Source of the DNA: a virus
Lineage: Duplodnaviria > Caudoviricetes
IMG/VR virus record: IMGVR_UViG_3300033076_001307
Location: 1 to 25,025 of that record
Direction: 5' to 3' (one strand)
DNA length: 25,025 nucleotides
Under the pieces are notes generated by a model. It was given only the letters and a program-made list of their open reading frames with translations. It did no database searches and was not told where the DNA came from. Positions 1 through 10,707 of this stretch are shown here, piece by piece. Within the stretch, counting starts at the first letter, position 1. Every line of letters begins with the position of its first letter. Made by a program: the position numbers and the translations under genes.

Positions 1-210
1 GCGGGGACGGGGGGGCGGCACTACATCGACGCGGAGCGGGCGATGTGGCCGGAGCTGGTGGCGGCGGTGGGGAAGATCCCTGCGTTGCCTGCGCGGGTGG
101 AGCTGGAGGCGGCGGAGGCAGCGGAGGCGCGGAAGGTGGTGAGGCTTGGAGATCGGCGTGGCGATCGGCTTGGCGATCGGCTTGGGGCGCGCAAAGGGGG
201 GGGCGTGTGA
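1..210 (+). CDS. Hypothetical protein, 5'-truncated C-terminus (...AGTGGRHYIDAERAMWPELVAAVGKIPALPARVELEAAEAAEARKVVRLGDRRGDRLGDRLGARKGGGV*)
   Basis: Frame 1 is open from the window edge to TGA at 208-210, with mostly G/C third positions and a protein-like helical sequence. Not in the supplied ORF track. Confidence 0.6.
   Translation, partial: AGTGGRHYIDAERAMWPELVAAVGKIPALPARVELEAAEAAEARKVVRLGDRRGDRLGDRLGARKGGGV
143..185 (+). repeat. About 3.5 copies of a 12-bp tandem repeat (GGCTTGGCGATC) encoding (L/R)GDR repeats
   Basis: GGCTTGGAGATC / GGCGTGGCGATC / GGCTTGGCGATC / GGCTTGG read directly. Confidence 0.85.
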
Positions 211-275
211 GCGCCCTACAGGTTACCTACGTGGGGGGAGGCGAGATCGAGATTAAGGGGAGACGAAGGGACTAA
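207..275 (+). CDS. Putative 22-aa leader peptide (MSALQVTYVGGGEIEIKGRRRD)
   Basis: The GTG start overlaps the upstream TGA (GTGA coupling) and follows a purine-rich AAAGGGGGG tract. The ORF ends AGA-CGA-AGG-GAC-TAA. Confidence 0.45.
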   Translation: MSALQVTYVGGGEIEIKGRRRD

Positions 276-452
276 GGGAAAGCTGGGAAGATTCCACGTG
301 GAACCTACAAAAGCCACCAAACAGGGGCTAATCACAGCAATCAAGCTAATACCTGGGTTTTTCCAAATCGAGCGTGTAGCGCAATAAACCCCTTCGTACC
401 GCAGACTCACCCCCTCGTCTCCCCTCCCACCTACGCCACACACCGGAGACGA
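256..452 (+). promoter_or_regulatory. Candidate alternative-pairing RNA element controlling the endolysin RBS
   Basis: TCGTCTCC (415-422) is the exact complement of GGAGACGA (445-452), which contains the lysin SD. AGGGGAGACGAAGGG (256-270) is complementary at 14/15 positions to CCCCTCGTCTCCCCT (411-425). Confidence 0.55.
290..305. promoter_or_regulatory. parS-like palindrome GATTCCACGTGGAACC
   Basis: Perfect 12-bp palindrome TTCCACGTGGAA (292-303); 13/16 match to the symmetric chromosomal parS variant TGTTCCACGTGGAACA; lies in the lower-GC intergenic region. Confidence 0.45.
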
Positions 453-454
453 CC

Positions 455-1159
455 ATGCTGAAGATGCCGACCCTGCGAGAGAAGGACCTGTGCCAGAGCA
501 TCGTCAGCGTCTTCGAGACGGGGCAAGCCAGAGGGAACCCGTCCGCCGTGGCCATCCTGTCGGATGGGGCCGGGCTGTCGTACGGGGTACACCAGGCCAC
601 CGATCGATCCGACGCCCTCGATCGCATCCTCCTCCGGTACCTCGACCTGGGGGGTGACAGGGTCGCCGACGCTACCGAGGTGCTGCGCCTGGTCGAGGCC
701 GACGCCACCACTCGGTACACCTCTCTCCGCTCCGCGCCCCCCAACGTGCAACGCGCCGCCGAGCTGCTGGCCGATCTCGGTAAAGACCCGGTGATGGTGG
801 CCGCGCAGATCGACGTCTTCGACACGGACTACTGGAACCCGGCCGTCGCGCAGGCGCGGGAGATGGGGGTCGAGCGCCCGCTCACGATCGCGGTGCTGTA
901 CGACACCGCGATACAGAGCGGCATCGGTGGGATCGCCAACATCCGCAAGCGCTTTCCCGAGGTACCCCCCAGCCGAGGCGGCGACGAAATGCGCTGGACG
1001 GCCGCCTACGTCAAGGCCCGGCGGGCGTGGCTGGCGAGCCACTCCAACCCGCTGGTGCGTCGCACTGTTTACCGCATGGACGCCTTCCTCCAGTTGATCG
1101 GCGACAGCAATTGGTGGTTGCTGCCGCCGTTCACCGTGCGGGGTGTGACCGTCCAGTAG
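455..1159 (+). CDS. Endolysin, GH46 chitosanase-like (lysozyme superfamily), 234 aa
   Basis: IVSVFE(21)TG...SD(37)GAGLSYG parallels the GH46 catalytic Glu/Asp motif (LVSSAE...GDGRGYTGG). DPVMVAAQ..FDTDYWNPAVAQA..MG....AVLYDTAIQSG parallels the GH46 central helices. GGAG SD at 445-448; followed by a membrane protein. Confidence 0.8.
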   Translation: MLKMPTLREKDLCQSIVSVFETGQARGNPSAVAILSDGAGLSYGVHQATDRSDALDRILLRYLDLGGDRVADATEVLRLVEADATTRYTSLRSAPPNVQRAAELLADLGKDPVMVAAQIDVFDTDYWNPAVAQAREMGVERPLTIAVLYDTAIQSGIGGIANIRKRFPEVPPSRGGDEMRWTAAYVKARRAWLASHSNPLVRRTVYRMDAFLQLIGDSNWWLLPPFTVRGVTVQ

Positions 1160-1168
1160 GAGGGGAGA

Positions 1169-1546
1169 ATGGCCGAAGACCCCGCAGAGATCCTGAAAGC
1201 GGCGCGCATGCTCGCGGAGATCGAGCTGCGCGATCGGGTCGCTAAGGCAGCCGAGACGCAGGCGGCGGACGTCCGCAGGATCGCGGACATCCTCCAGCAG
1301 CTCGTCACGGCCTTAGCGCCGGTGCTCGAACTCGCCGGCGCTTGGCTGAAGTCTCCCGGCTGGGCAGCGCTAGCCCGCCACATCTACGACGGCATGCCGC
1401 CGTGGGCGCGCGGGCTCGCAGGCACCGCCATCGTTTTGACGATACTCGGGTTTTCGAGTACGCAGATGTTGGAGGCGCTCAAGTATGGGATCAGCTACCT
1501 CAGGGGCGATGCCCCAACCGTCCAAGCTCCAGCAGCCACGCCATGA
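1169..1546 (+). CDS. Holin-like membrane protein, 125 aa
   Basis: Strong AGGAGGGGAG SD; coiled-coil-like N-terminus and a hydrophobic segment GLAGTAIVLTILGF; directly downstream of the endolysin. Confidence 0.55.
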   Translation: MAEDPAEILKAARMLAEIELRDRVAKAAETQAADVRRIADILQQLVTALAPVLELAGAWLKSPGWAALARHIYDGMPPWARGLAGTAIVLTILGFSSTQMLEALKYGISYLRGDAPTVQAPAATP

Positions 1547-1608
1547 GCTCGGAGCCGGCGGCGTCGCTGGGCTCCGCGCGATGTGCGCCCGGATCGACCC
1601 CAGGCTGA
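1543..1608 (+). CDS. Possible 21-aa coupled micro-ORF (MSSEPAASLGSARCAPGSTPG)
   Basis: ATGA overlap with the holin stop and TGATG overlap with the next ORF. No other support. Confidence 0.25.
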   Translation: MSSEPAASLGSARCAPGSTPG

Positions 1609-1706
1609 TGAGACTGGCGCAGGCAACGATCGATGACCTGCGTGTGGTCGCTGAGAGTGACCAGGGGGCGGCCGGGTGGCTGACGGCCCAGGGCAAGGAG
1701 GACTGA
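1608..1706 (+). CDS. Small hypothetical protein (MRLAQATIDDLRVVAESDQGAAGWLTAQGKED); alternative start at 1581
   Basis: TGATG overlaps at both ends; helical, protein-like sequence. Confidence 0.4.
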   Translation: MRLAQATIDDLRVVAESDQGAAGWLTAQGKED

Positions 1707-2017
1707 TGGGGGACACAGCCGAGAATTTCTCTACGGGCCGCCACAAAAACGTCAACCCCGCAGACGGCGACGGCGGATACACCGCCATCGTACACCGGCA
1801 GGACATCGGCCTGTACAGGCAAGCTCCCGATGTGGCCTGGACGCAGTACCGACAGGTGCTGATCGCGGCGCGGACGGGAGACGATGGCACCCTCGACAGC
1901 GCCGCCTCGACCGTCTGGGGCGACTGGTGGCAGCACGAAGTGGTGAACCGTGGCATGCGGAACACCGCGCGCTTCGCGCTGGCGAGGGTGCTACCGCTCG
2001 CCTTCCCCATCCCGTAG
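1706..2017 (+). CDS. Hypothetical protein, 103 aa
   Basis: AAGGAGG SD at 1695-1701 before ATG 1706; TGATG coupling; high GC at third positions. Confidence 0.75.
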   Translation: MGDTAENFSTGRHKNVNPADGDGGYTAIVHRQDIGLYRQAPDVAWTQYRQVLIAARTGDDGTLDSAASTVWGDWWQHEVVNRGMRNTARFALARVLPLAFPIP

Positions 2018-2374
2018 CACTTGCCACGCGAGGCGCAGGCGGTCGCGCCACGATCGCGGCGGGGCGGCCGGCGGCGGCGCTGACGGCGCGGGTGGCGGCG
2101 CTGGCGGAGCAGGTGGCGTACGCCGGGGCGGGGCCATCGCCCGGGCCATGTCGAGCGCCAGGCGGCCCTGGATCTCAGCCTCGCGGTAGCACTCGCGCAG
2201 CTCGCCAGCGGCCGCCAGATCTCCGCGCAGCAGCCGATGGTAGGCGGCATCTGCCCGCCGCTCTCTCGCCGACCGGGTCGAGCCGACCCGCCACAGGTAC
2301 GCGATCACCTCGTCTCGGGTAATGGTGATCGGTCGGTCGGGGTCTGTCGGTACACGGTTGGGATCGTCCGGCAC
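1991..2374 (-). CDS. Hypothetical protein, 127 aa, with a Pro-rich linker; last gene of the virion operon
   Basis: GTG start 8 nt after the stop of the large internal protein; protein-like helical segments. The 3' end overlaps the convergent gene by 27 bp. Confidence 0.65.
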   Translation of the reverse strand: MPDDPNRVPTDPDRPITITRDEVIAYLWRVGSTRSARERRADAAYHRLLRGDLAAAGELRECYREAEIQGRLALDMARAMAPPRRTPPAPPAPPPAPSAPPPAAPPRSWRDRLRLAWQVLRDGEGER

Positions 2375-2382
2375 CGGGCGCT

Positions 2383-5300
2383 CTATGGCTCGCGGAAGGA
2401 GGCCGGCATCGACGTGCCGGGTACCGCCTTGAGCTGGTCACGCACCTGGAGCTGCGTGCCGTAGTCCGCGCCGGGGTAGGCGAGCGAGGTGGAAAAGCCG
2501 AGGCCCCCGATCGCGCGCTGCCACCAGGCCGGGTCGAAGCCGCCCCCGCCGCCCCCCAGCGCCGCCTGCCGCTGGAGCATGCGGTCGAAGGCCAGGATGC
2601 CGGTCGCCTCCAAGATGCCCGCGAGCGCCGGATCGTCGACGGTGTAGCGGGTGCGCGGGTCGGTCTGTCCTTCAATCACGCGCGTCCGTGCCGACAGATC
2701 CGGGTACAGCCCGAACCCGTCCAGGCTCCGCAGCATCTCGTACACCGGCTGCGACACCGTCACGCTCCCCTGAGCCACCGTCCCGAGGATGGGCATGCGC
2801 GTCGGGTCGACCACCTGCTCCTGAAACACCTGAGTGGCGGGCGGGGCAGCCGTGTCGCTGGCGAGGCTCACCCCGATCGCCGCCACCGATGCCAACAGCC
2901 CCAGCGTGAACCGGGCCGTGGCTTCCGCGCCGGAGGGCGGGGCGGCGACCACGAACAGCGGCTCGCTCCAGGCCGGCGACCGGTCGGGCTGGACCCCCGC
3001 CGGATCCTTGATGCCTTGCAGCCCGATCCGCGCCAGCCGCGCCGTCGCGGTGTCCTGCGCCCAACCGGGTAACCGCGCCTTCCACGCCGGATCATCGAAA
3101 TACTGTTGAGCCACCCCCAGCCCCCTTACAATCTCCGGCGGGAGTTTGTAACGGCGGACGATCGATTCTGTTGCGCCCATCCGGATCAGCTCGACCCGCT
3201 CCTCTCGGGTGAGCTGCTGCTGATCCATCCACCCCACCAGCGCGCGGTAATCCTCCACTTCCGGCGGCGTCATCCGCCCGGTTCCCACACTCTGCGCGTC
3301 GTAGTCCCCCTGATAGACCGCGTCGATCAGCTCCATCGCCTCACGCCGCCCGCGCAGTGCGACGCCGACCCGGAAGGCGCCCGACGGCGAGGCGAACGCC
3401 CCGAGGAATTGCCGTTGCGCGTTCTTCTGCCAACTCCAGAACGGCGCCAGCGCCTGCATGATCAGGTGCCGGTCTGCCGCCCCCAGGCTGTAGCGGTAGT
3501 CATACAGCGCCCGCACTGTCTCCTTCGCCGCCTGCTGGGGCGGCATCCCGCGATCCAGCAGCAGCGCGTAGAGTCCGAGACGCTGCCGCATCCCCACCAC
3601 CTCAGCGAGGTGGGCGACGCCCTCGCCGCCGAACAGGGCGCGTAGCCCGCTAAGCTCTCCGTCTCTGAGTTGCGCCACGTCGAAGCCGTCCAGCACCCCC
3701 GACCGCGCCGCCTCTTCGTAGAGCGATCGGGCGGTGTAGGTGCGACCGCCGACCTTTACGACATCGTCGGCGCCCGCGCCCAGGATGCGCCCTACGGTCG
3801 GCCGCAGCGCGCCGATGTGCAGCAGCCGATCGCCACGTCCGGCGCGCAATGCCTCCGTCAGCCGCACCACGATCGCCTCCGCTGCCGCCTGCCCCCCACC
3901 CACGAGGCCCTCGACCACCGCCTTTCCCTTGCCCGTCCCCAGCGCCGCCCCCAGCGCCACACGCACGGCCCCCACGCCAGCCTCGCCAGCGCCCACCACG
4001 CGCGCGAGCTCCGGCGCCGCCGCGACGCCGATCCCCATCACGGAGGCCAGTTCCGCCCGCAGGGCGTACTCGATCGCCGTCGACAGCCCGTGGGTGACGT
4101 AGACCTGTTCGATGTTGCCGTACATATTGTTGAGCAGGTAGCCGGGGCGCGCCCCCCACAGCCCGCGCGTCACCGCCCGTTTCCAGGCGGAAAAAATCGC
4201 CGCCTCAATGGTGGGCGGACTCTTCGTCACGACGGCTTCCGCCGCAGCCGCCCATCCCTCGCGCACCCGCGCCGGCACCCACGTGACGCGCCCCAGCGCC
4301 TCCTGCCCCGGCAGCGCCAGCGCCTCGCCGCTGATCGCGCTGCCCCTCACCCCCGGCTTCCGCACCGCGCTCAGCACCGCTACATCTGGCGGCCGCCCCG
4401 TCGCCCCTAGCTCGCGCACCCACGCCGCCTCCTCTCGGGTGAGCAGCAGGCCAGCGCCGTAGAGATCCTGAACGACGTCCATCTGCGCGCCCGTCGCCGA
4501 CACCCACGCCGCGAGCGCCCGCGACTCCGCCGCCGTCGCCTCCGGCAGCAGCGACATTAACAGCGCGGCCGGATCTTCCGCGTTCGCCAATTGCGCCACC
4601 ACCTCCGCGCGATCGACGCCAGGCCGGATCGCTTCGAGCGCGCGCCCGACGTCGCCCTGGCTCACCATGCCGCTCCGGATCATGCGGGAGGCGGCCTCCG
4701 CCCGCCCGGTCGAGCGCAGCCACGCCGCCGCAGCCTCCGGCGTGTCGAGCCCCGCGCGCAGCGCCTGCTCTGCGCCCATCGCCGCCGCCCGCTCCCCCCG
4801 GATCGCCGCCTCCCGCGAGGCCCGGCTGAGCCCGGCACGGAGGTAGGGCGCGGCCTCGTCCGCCCCCCTGAACGGGAACAGCAGCGCCCCCGCCCGCTCA
4901 TGCCAGGGCGCCGGGCGCACCAGCTCGCGCACCTCGCGCCGCGCCGCGAGCGCCCCCAGCCTCGTTCCATCCGCCGCTGCCGCCGCGCCCCGCCCGCCTG
5001 CCGCCGCGCCCTCCATGATCCGCGCCGCGCTGGTGGCCGCGCGCCGTTCCCACGCCGCCGCCGCATCCGGCGCGATCCGTTCCCCCACGCGCAGCTCGTC
5101 CGCGAGGTCTGCCCCGAAGCGCGCCGCGACGCTGCGGTTCACCGCCTCGACCTGTCGAGCCGTCAGCGGGATCTCCCGCCCCCCCTTCCAGGCCGCCGTC
5201 ACCGCCGCCGACGGCACGCCGACCGCGTCGCCCACCAGGTCTGCGAGCTGCGGCAGCTCTCCGGCGCTGGCGCCCGCTCGATAGCCGACGCGCGCCCGCA

Positions 5301-6995
5301 GATCCCCGACGGCCTCGACCACCGCCGCCTTGACCGCAGCCGCCTCGGTGACGACCTCGCGCAGCGCGACCGGATCGGCTGCGGCGATCGCGCGCTCTGC
5401 TTTGGCGCTGAGGCTGCGCCCGATGCTGGCCAGCCCCGGCGCCGCCGTCGCCGCCTCGCGCACCGCCGGACTCAGCACTGGCAACGCTGCCGCCCGCCCC
5501 CGCCGGGTAGCCTCGGTGACGAGGGCCTCGCCGCCCCCGGCCAGCGCCCGCTCCACCTCCGCCAGCCCCCGCGCGAGATCGTCGACCGCCGTCTTAGCCA
5601 TCGCTGCCGACACCGGCGGCCCGTCGACGCGAGGCACCGGTGGCTCCCCGCGAGGCACCGGCGGCCCGTCGACGCGAGGCACCGGCTCCCCGCGAGGCAC
5701 GGGTGGCCCGTCGCCGTGAGGTGCCGGCACATCGTCCATCGCCCGCGCCGCCCGCTCCAGCGCCACGTCCACGTCGGCCAGCGCCCGCGCACCCGTGCCG
5801 CCCACCAGGCCGCGCTCCAGCGCCCGCCCCGCACCCGGCAGCGCCCGCTCTGCGCCGCGCGCCAGCGCCCGTCCGCCCGCCGCCAGCCCGCGTGTCGCCC
5901 CCAGCGCCAGGCTCACGGGGTCGGGGGTGAACACGTCGGCCAGCGCCCCCAGCGTCGCCACCGTCGCCCGCCCCAGATCCGACGTCGGTGCGGTGTCTTT
6001 GGCGACGTCGGAGAACGCGCGCCGCTGGCGCAGCGCCGCAGGCCCGCTGACGTACTCGACCGGCGGCGCCTCGCGCACCGTGCCAGCGACCGCCCGCGCC
6101 GCTCGATCGGGGATGCCGGTCGCCGTCGCCGCGTAGATGGGCATCGACATGAGATCGATCGCGTAGCTGCCTGGACCCTGCTGGCGGAGGATGAGGTTCC
6201 CATCCTCATCCGTCCCGACCACCTCGACCCGAGGGGCCGCCGCCGACAGGTAGGCTCCGGCTCGATCCGGGCTGTCGTCATCGACGTTGTAATAGATGGC
6301 CGGCCCTACCCACACCCCCGCTGTCCGGAGCACCGCTGCGTCCCGCACCGCGTCCTCTGACGCGCGCCTGAACCCGTCCGCACCCGCGTACCGCTGCTGC
6401 TCCGGCGGCCGACGTGCATCCTCCGCCCGCCGCTGCTCACGCCGTCGGGCGATCCACGCGTCCGAGCTCGTCCGCGCGTCCGACTGCATCAGCGCCAGCA
6501 CGCCCTCGTCACGGAGCAGCCGATCTGCCTCCGCCCGCGCGAACGGCATGCCACTGCTGAGGCGCGCCTCGATGTTCCTGGCCTCATCGAACGGGGCGAC
6601 CACCTGCCCAGCTCGAACCCCACCGCCAGGACCTCGCGTCTCCAGCCCGCTGTCTGCACGAAATTGGCCGCGCGCGTTGATGCCGGCGGCGTCTCGACCG
6701 CCGGTGATCGGGCGCGGCACCGGCTCCGGCGGCAGCCCCATCTCAGACCGCGCGATCGCCCGATCGACCCGCGCCCACGCATCCAGACGTGCCTGCTCCG
6801 CAGGGTCTATCCGCGCACGTGCTGGCGCCGACGTCGAGGCCGCGAGCGGCGAGGCTGTCAGCGGTGCGGCTGTCGGCGGCGGAGCTGCCAGCGGCGAGGC
6901 GGGGGTCGGCGTCGGCGAGGCGAGGGGGGGCGCCGGCGAGGCGGGGGGCGGCGTCGGTGGCGGAGAGGCTGGGGTCGCACGCGGCAGCTTCGCCA

Positions 6996-6996
<1 letters not shown>
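2383..6996 (-). CDS. Large internal virion (ejection) protein, about 1537 aa
   Basis: Start re-called at ATG 6996 (MAKLPRA...; GGAGG SD; TGATG overlap with the upstream stop). The C-terminal RLGLYALLLDRGMPPQQAAKETVRALYDY...APFWSWQKN segment resembles large podoviral internal proteins. Last of three genes of increasing size after the tail genes. Confidence 0.75.
5611..5730 (-). repeat. Intragenic tandem repeats of 18-24 bp encoding PPVPRGE / PVPRVDG
   Basis: Repeated CACCGGCGGCCCGTCGACGCGAGG and CACCGG(TGG)CTCCCCGCGAGG units. Confidence 0.85.
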
Positions 6997-9424
<2,428 letters not shown>

Positions 9425-9425
<1 letters not shown>

Positions 9426-9934
9426 TACTTCTTCTCCATCAGGTGGAGGAGGCTCGTGAAATCGTCTGCTTCCGCCTCCGCCGGTGTCGCACGCGCGAGA
9501 TCGGAGAACCCAGCGACCCGCTGCGCCCGCTTCTCTCGGATGCGCCGCAGGATGTCGGCCTTCTGCGCCGCCGCCTGGCCGGCCGCCCCGACCTCGATCT
9601 GACCAGCCGCTTGCGCGGCCGCCGCCGTCGCCTGCTGGTTCGTCTGCTGGAGCGCTCCCTGGAGCGCCGCCGCCTGGCCGGGGTTCGCCGCCGCCTGCCG
9701 CGCGAGCGCATCGACGTTGGCGCGGTTGGCCGCCCGCGCCGACGCCAGCGCCGCCGCCTGCATCTGGCGCCGTTCCGCCTGCGAGGGTCCGAGCGTCCCA
9801 CGTTGCAGCGCCTGCATGTCAGCGCGCAATTGCTTTCGTTCGGCCCGCGCCTCCGGTGACACGGCGTCGACGGCCATGCCCGCGCCACGGATGGCGTAGG
9901 GCGCGAGGGTCGAGAGCAGACTGGCGATCGGCAT
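9425..9934 (-). CDS. Small Ala/Gln-rich internal virion protein, 169 aa
   Basis: Start re-called at ATG 9934 (MPIASLLSTLAPYAIRGAGMAV...) with AGGAGA SD. Hydrophobic N-terminus followed by an A/Q-rich coil, typical of the smallest ejection protein. The upstream part of the supplied 404-aa ORF is off-frame overlap with the next gene. Confidence 0.7.
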
Positions 9935-9942
9935 GTACTCTC

Positions 9943-10698
9943 CTACAGCGCGAGAATCCGCGCAGACCGGACGCCGAAGCGCAGCCGGTGGCGGATGAAG
10001 TGTTCGACGTTGCCCGCCGTCCGGTACAGCGGCACTAACAATTCCCTGCCCTGGGTTCGCGGGATCAGGCACTCCAGCCGGACGGAGTGCCAACCCACCG
10101 CCGGGTTGGTGATCATGTGCACCAGATCGAGGTGCTGCGTCAGCACCTGCTCCCGCGCCACCTCTGTCCCTGCGTTGCCAGGGTTCACGGCCGGATACCA
10201 CGTGTACGGGAACGGGCGGCGCGTGTGGCCGATCGGGGTGCCGTCGACCGCCATCCGCACGTACAGCTCCGGGCCGCCCGCCACCTCGACCGCCGGGTTC
10301 GGGTCGGTCGTCTCGCGCTGCCGCAGCACCGTCACGAAGGCGGAGACGTTGCAGATCAGCACCGCTGCTGCCCACGGCAGGTAGACCCGGTGGGCGGTGC
10401 CAGCGACCGCCAGCCAGTCCGTGTCGCCGGCGGCGCCGATGGCGGCCTGGCCGAACAAGCTGTCGTAGTAGACCCGCTCCACCTCTTCGCCGCCCGACAC
10501 CCCCAGGTGCAAATCGTTCGGCTTGAATTCGCGCGCGGTCAGCTTCGCCCCGGCGGCAAAATTCGCATCTTCCAGGTTCCCGTTCAGCTCCCCATAGACG
10601 CTGGCGCCGGCGGTCGTTGACCGCATGTCGCTGTTCCATCCGTTGACGTTGAAGGCCACGCCATCGACCGGAACATAAGGGTACGTCACGTCCGCCAC
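9943..10698 (-). CDS. Tail/virion structural protein, 251 aa, beta-rich (one module)
   Basis: GGAGG SD before GTG; located between the nozzle and the internal proteins; similar to both halves of the upstream gene. Confidence 0.65.
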   Translation of the reverse strand: MADVTYPYVPVDGVAFNVNGWNSDMRSTTAGASVYGELNGNLEDANFAAGAKLTAREFKPNDLHLGVSGGEEVERVYYDSLFGQAAIGAAGDTDWLAVAGTAHRVYLPWAAAVLICNVSAFVTVLRQRETTDPNPAVEVAGGPELYVRMAVDGTPIGHTRRPFPYTWYPAVNPGNAGTEVAREQVLTQHLDLVHMITNPAVGWHSVRLECLIPRTQGRELLVPLYRTAGNVEHFIRHRLRFGVRSARILAL

Positions 10699-10707
10699 GG
10701 GAGCCTC

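Noticed and set aside
256-425. 15-bp inverted repeat as the ends of a MITE/IS element, or as a replication origin
   Set aside because: No flanking target-site duplication or transposase, and no iterons or initiator gene in the window. Complementarity to the lysin SD explains it better, although an origin cannot be excluded.
9935-10639. N-terminal part of the supplied 404-aa ORF as a second overprinted gene
   Set aside because: Arg/Gly/Pro-rich off-frame sequence with no SD or motif. A good SD marks the start at 9934.
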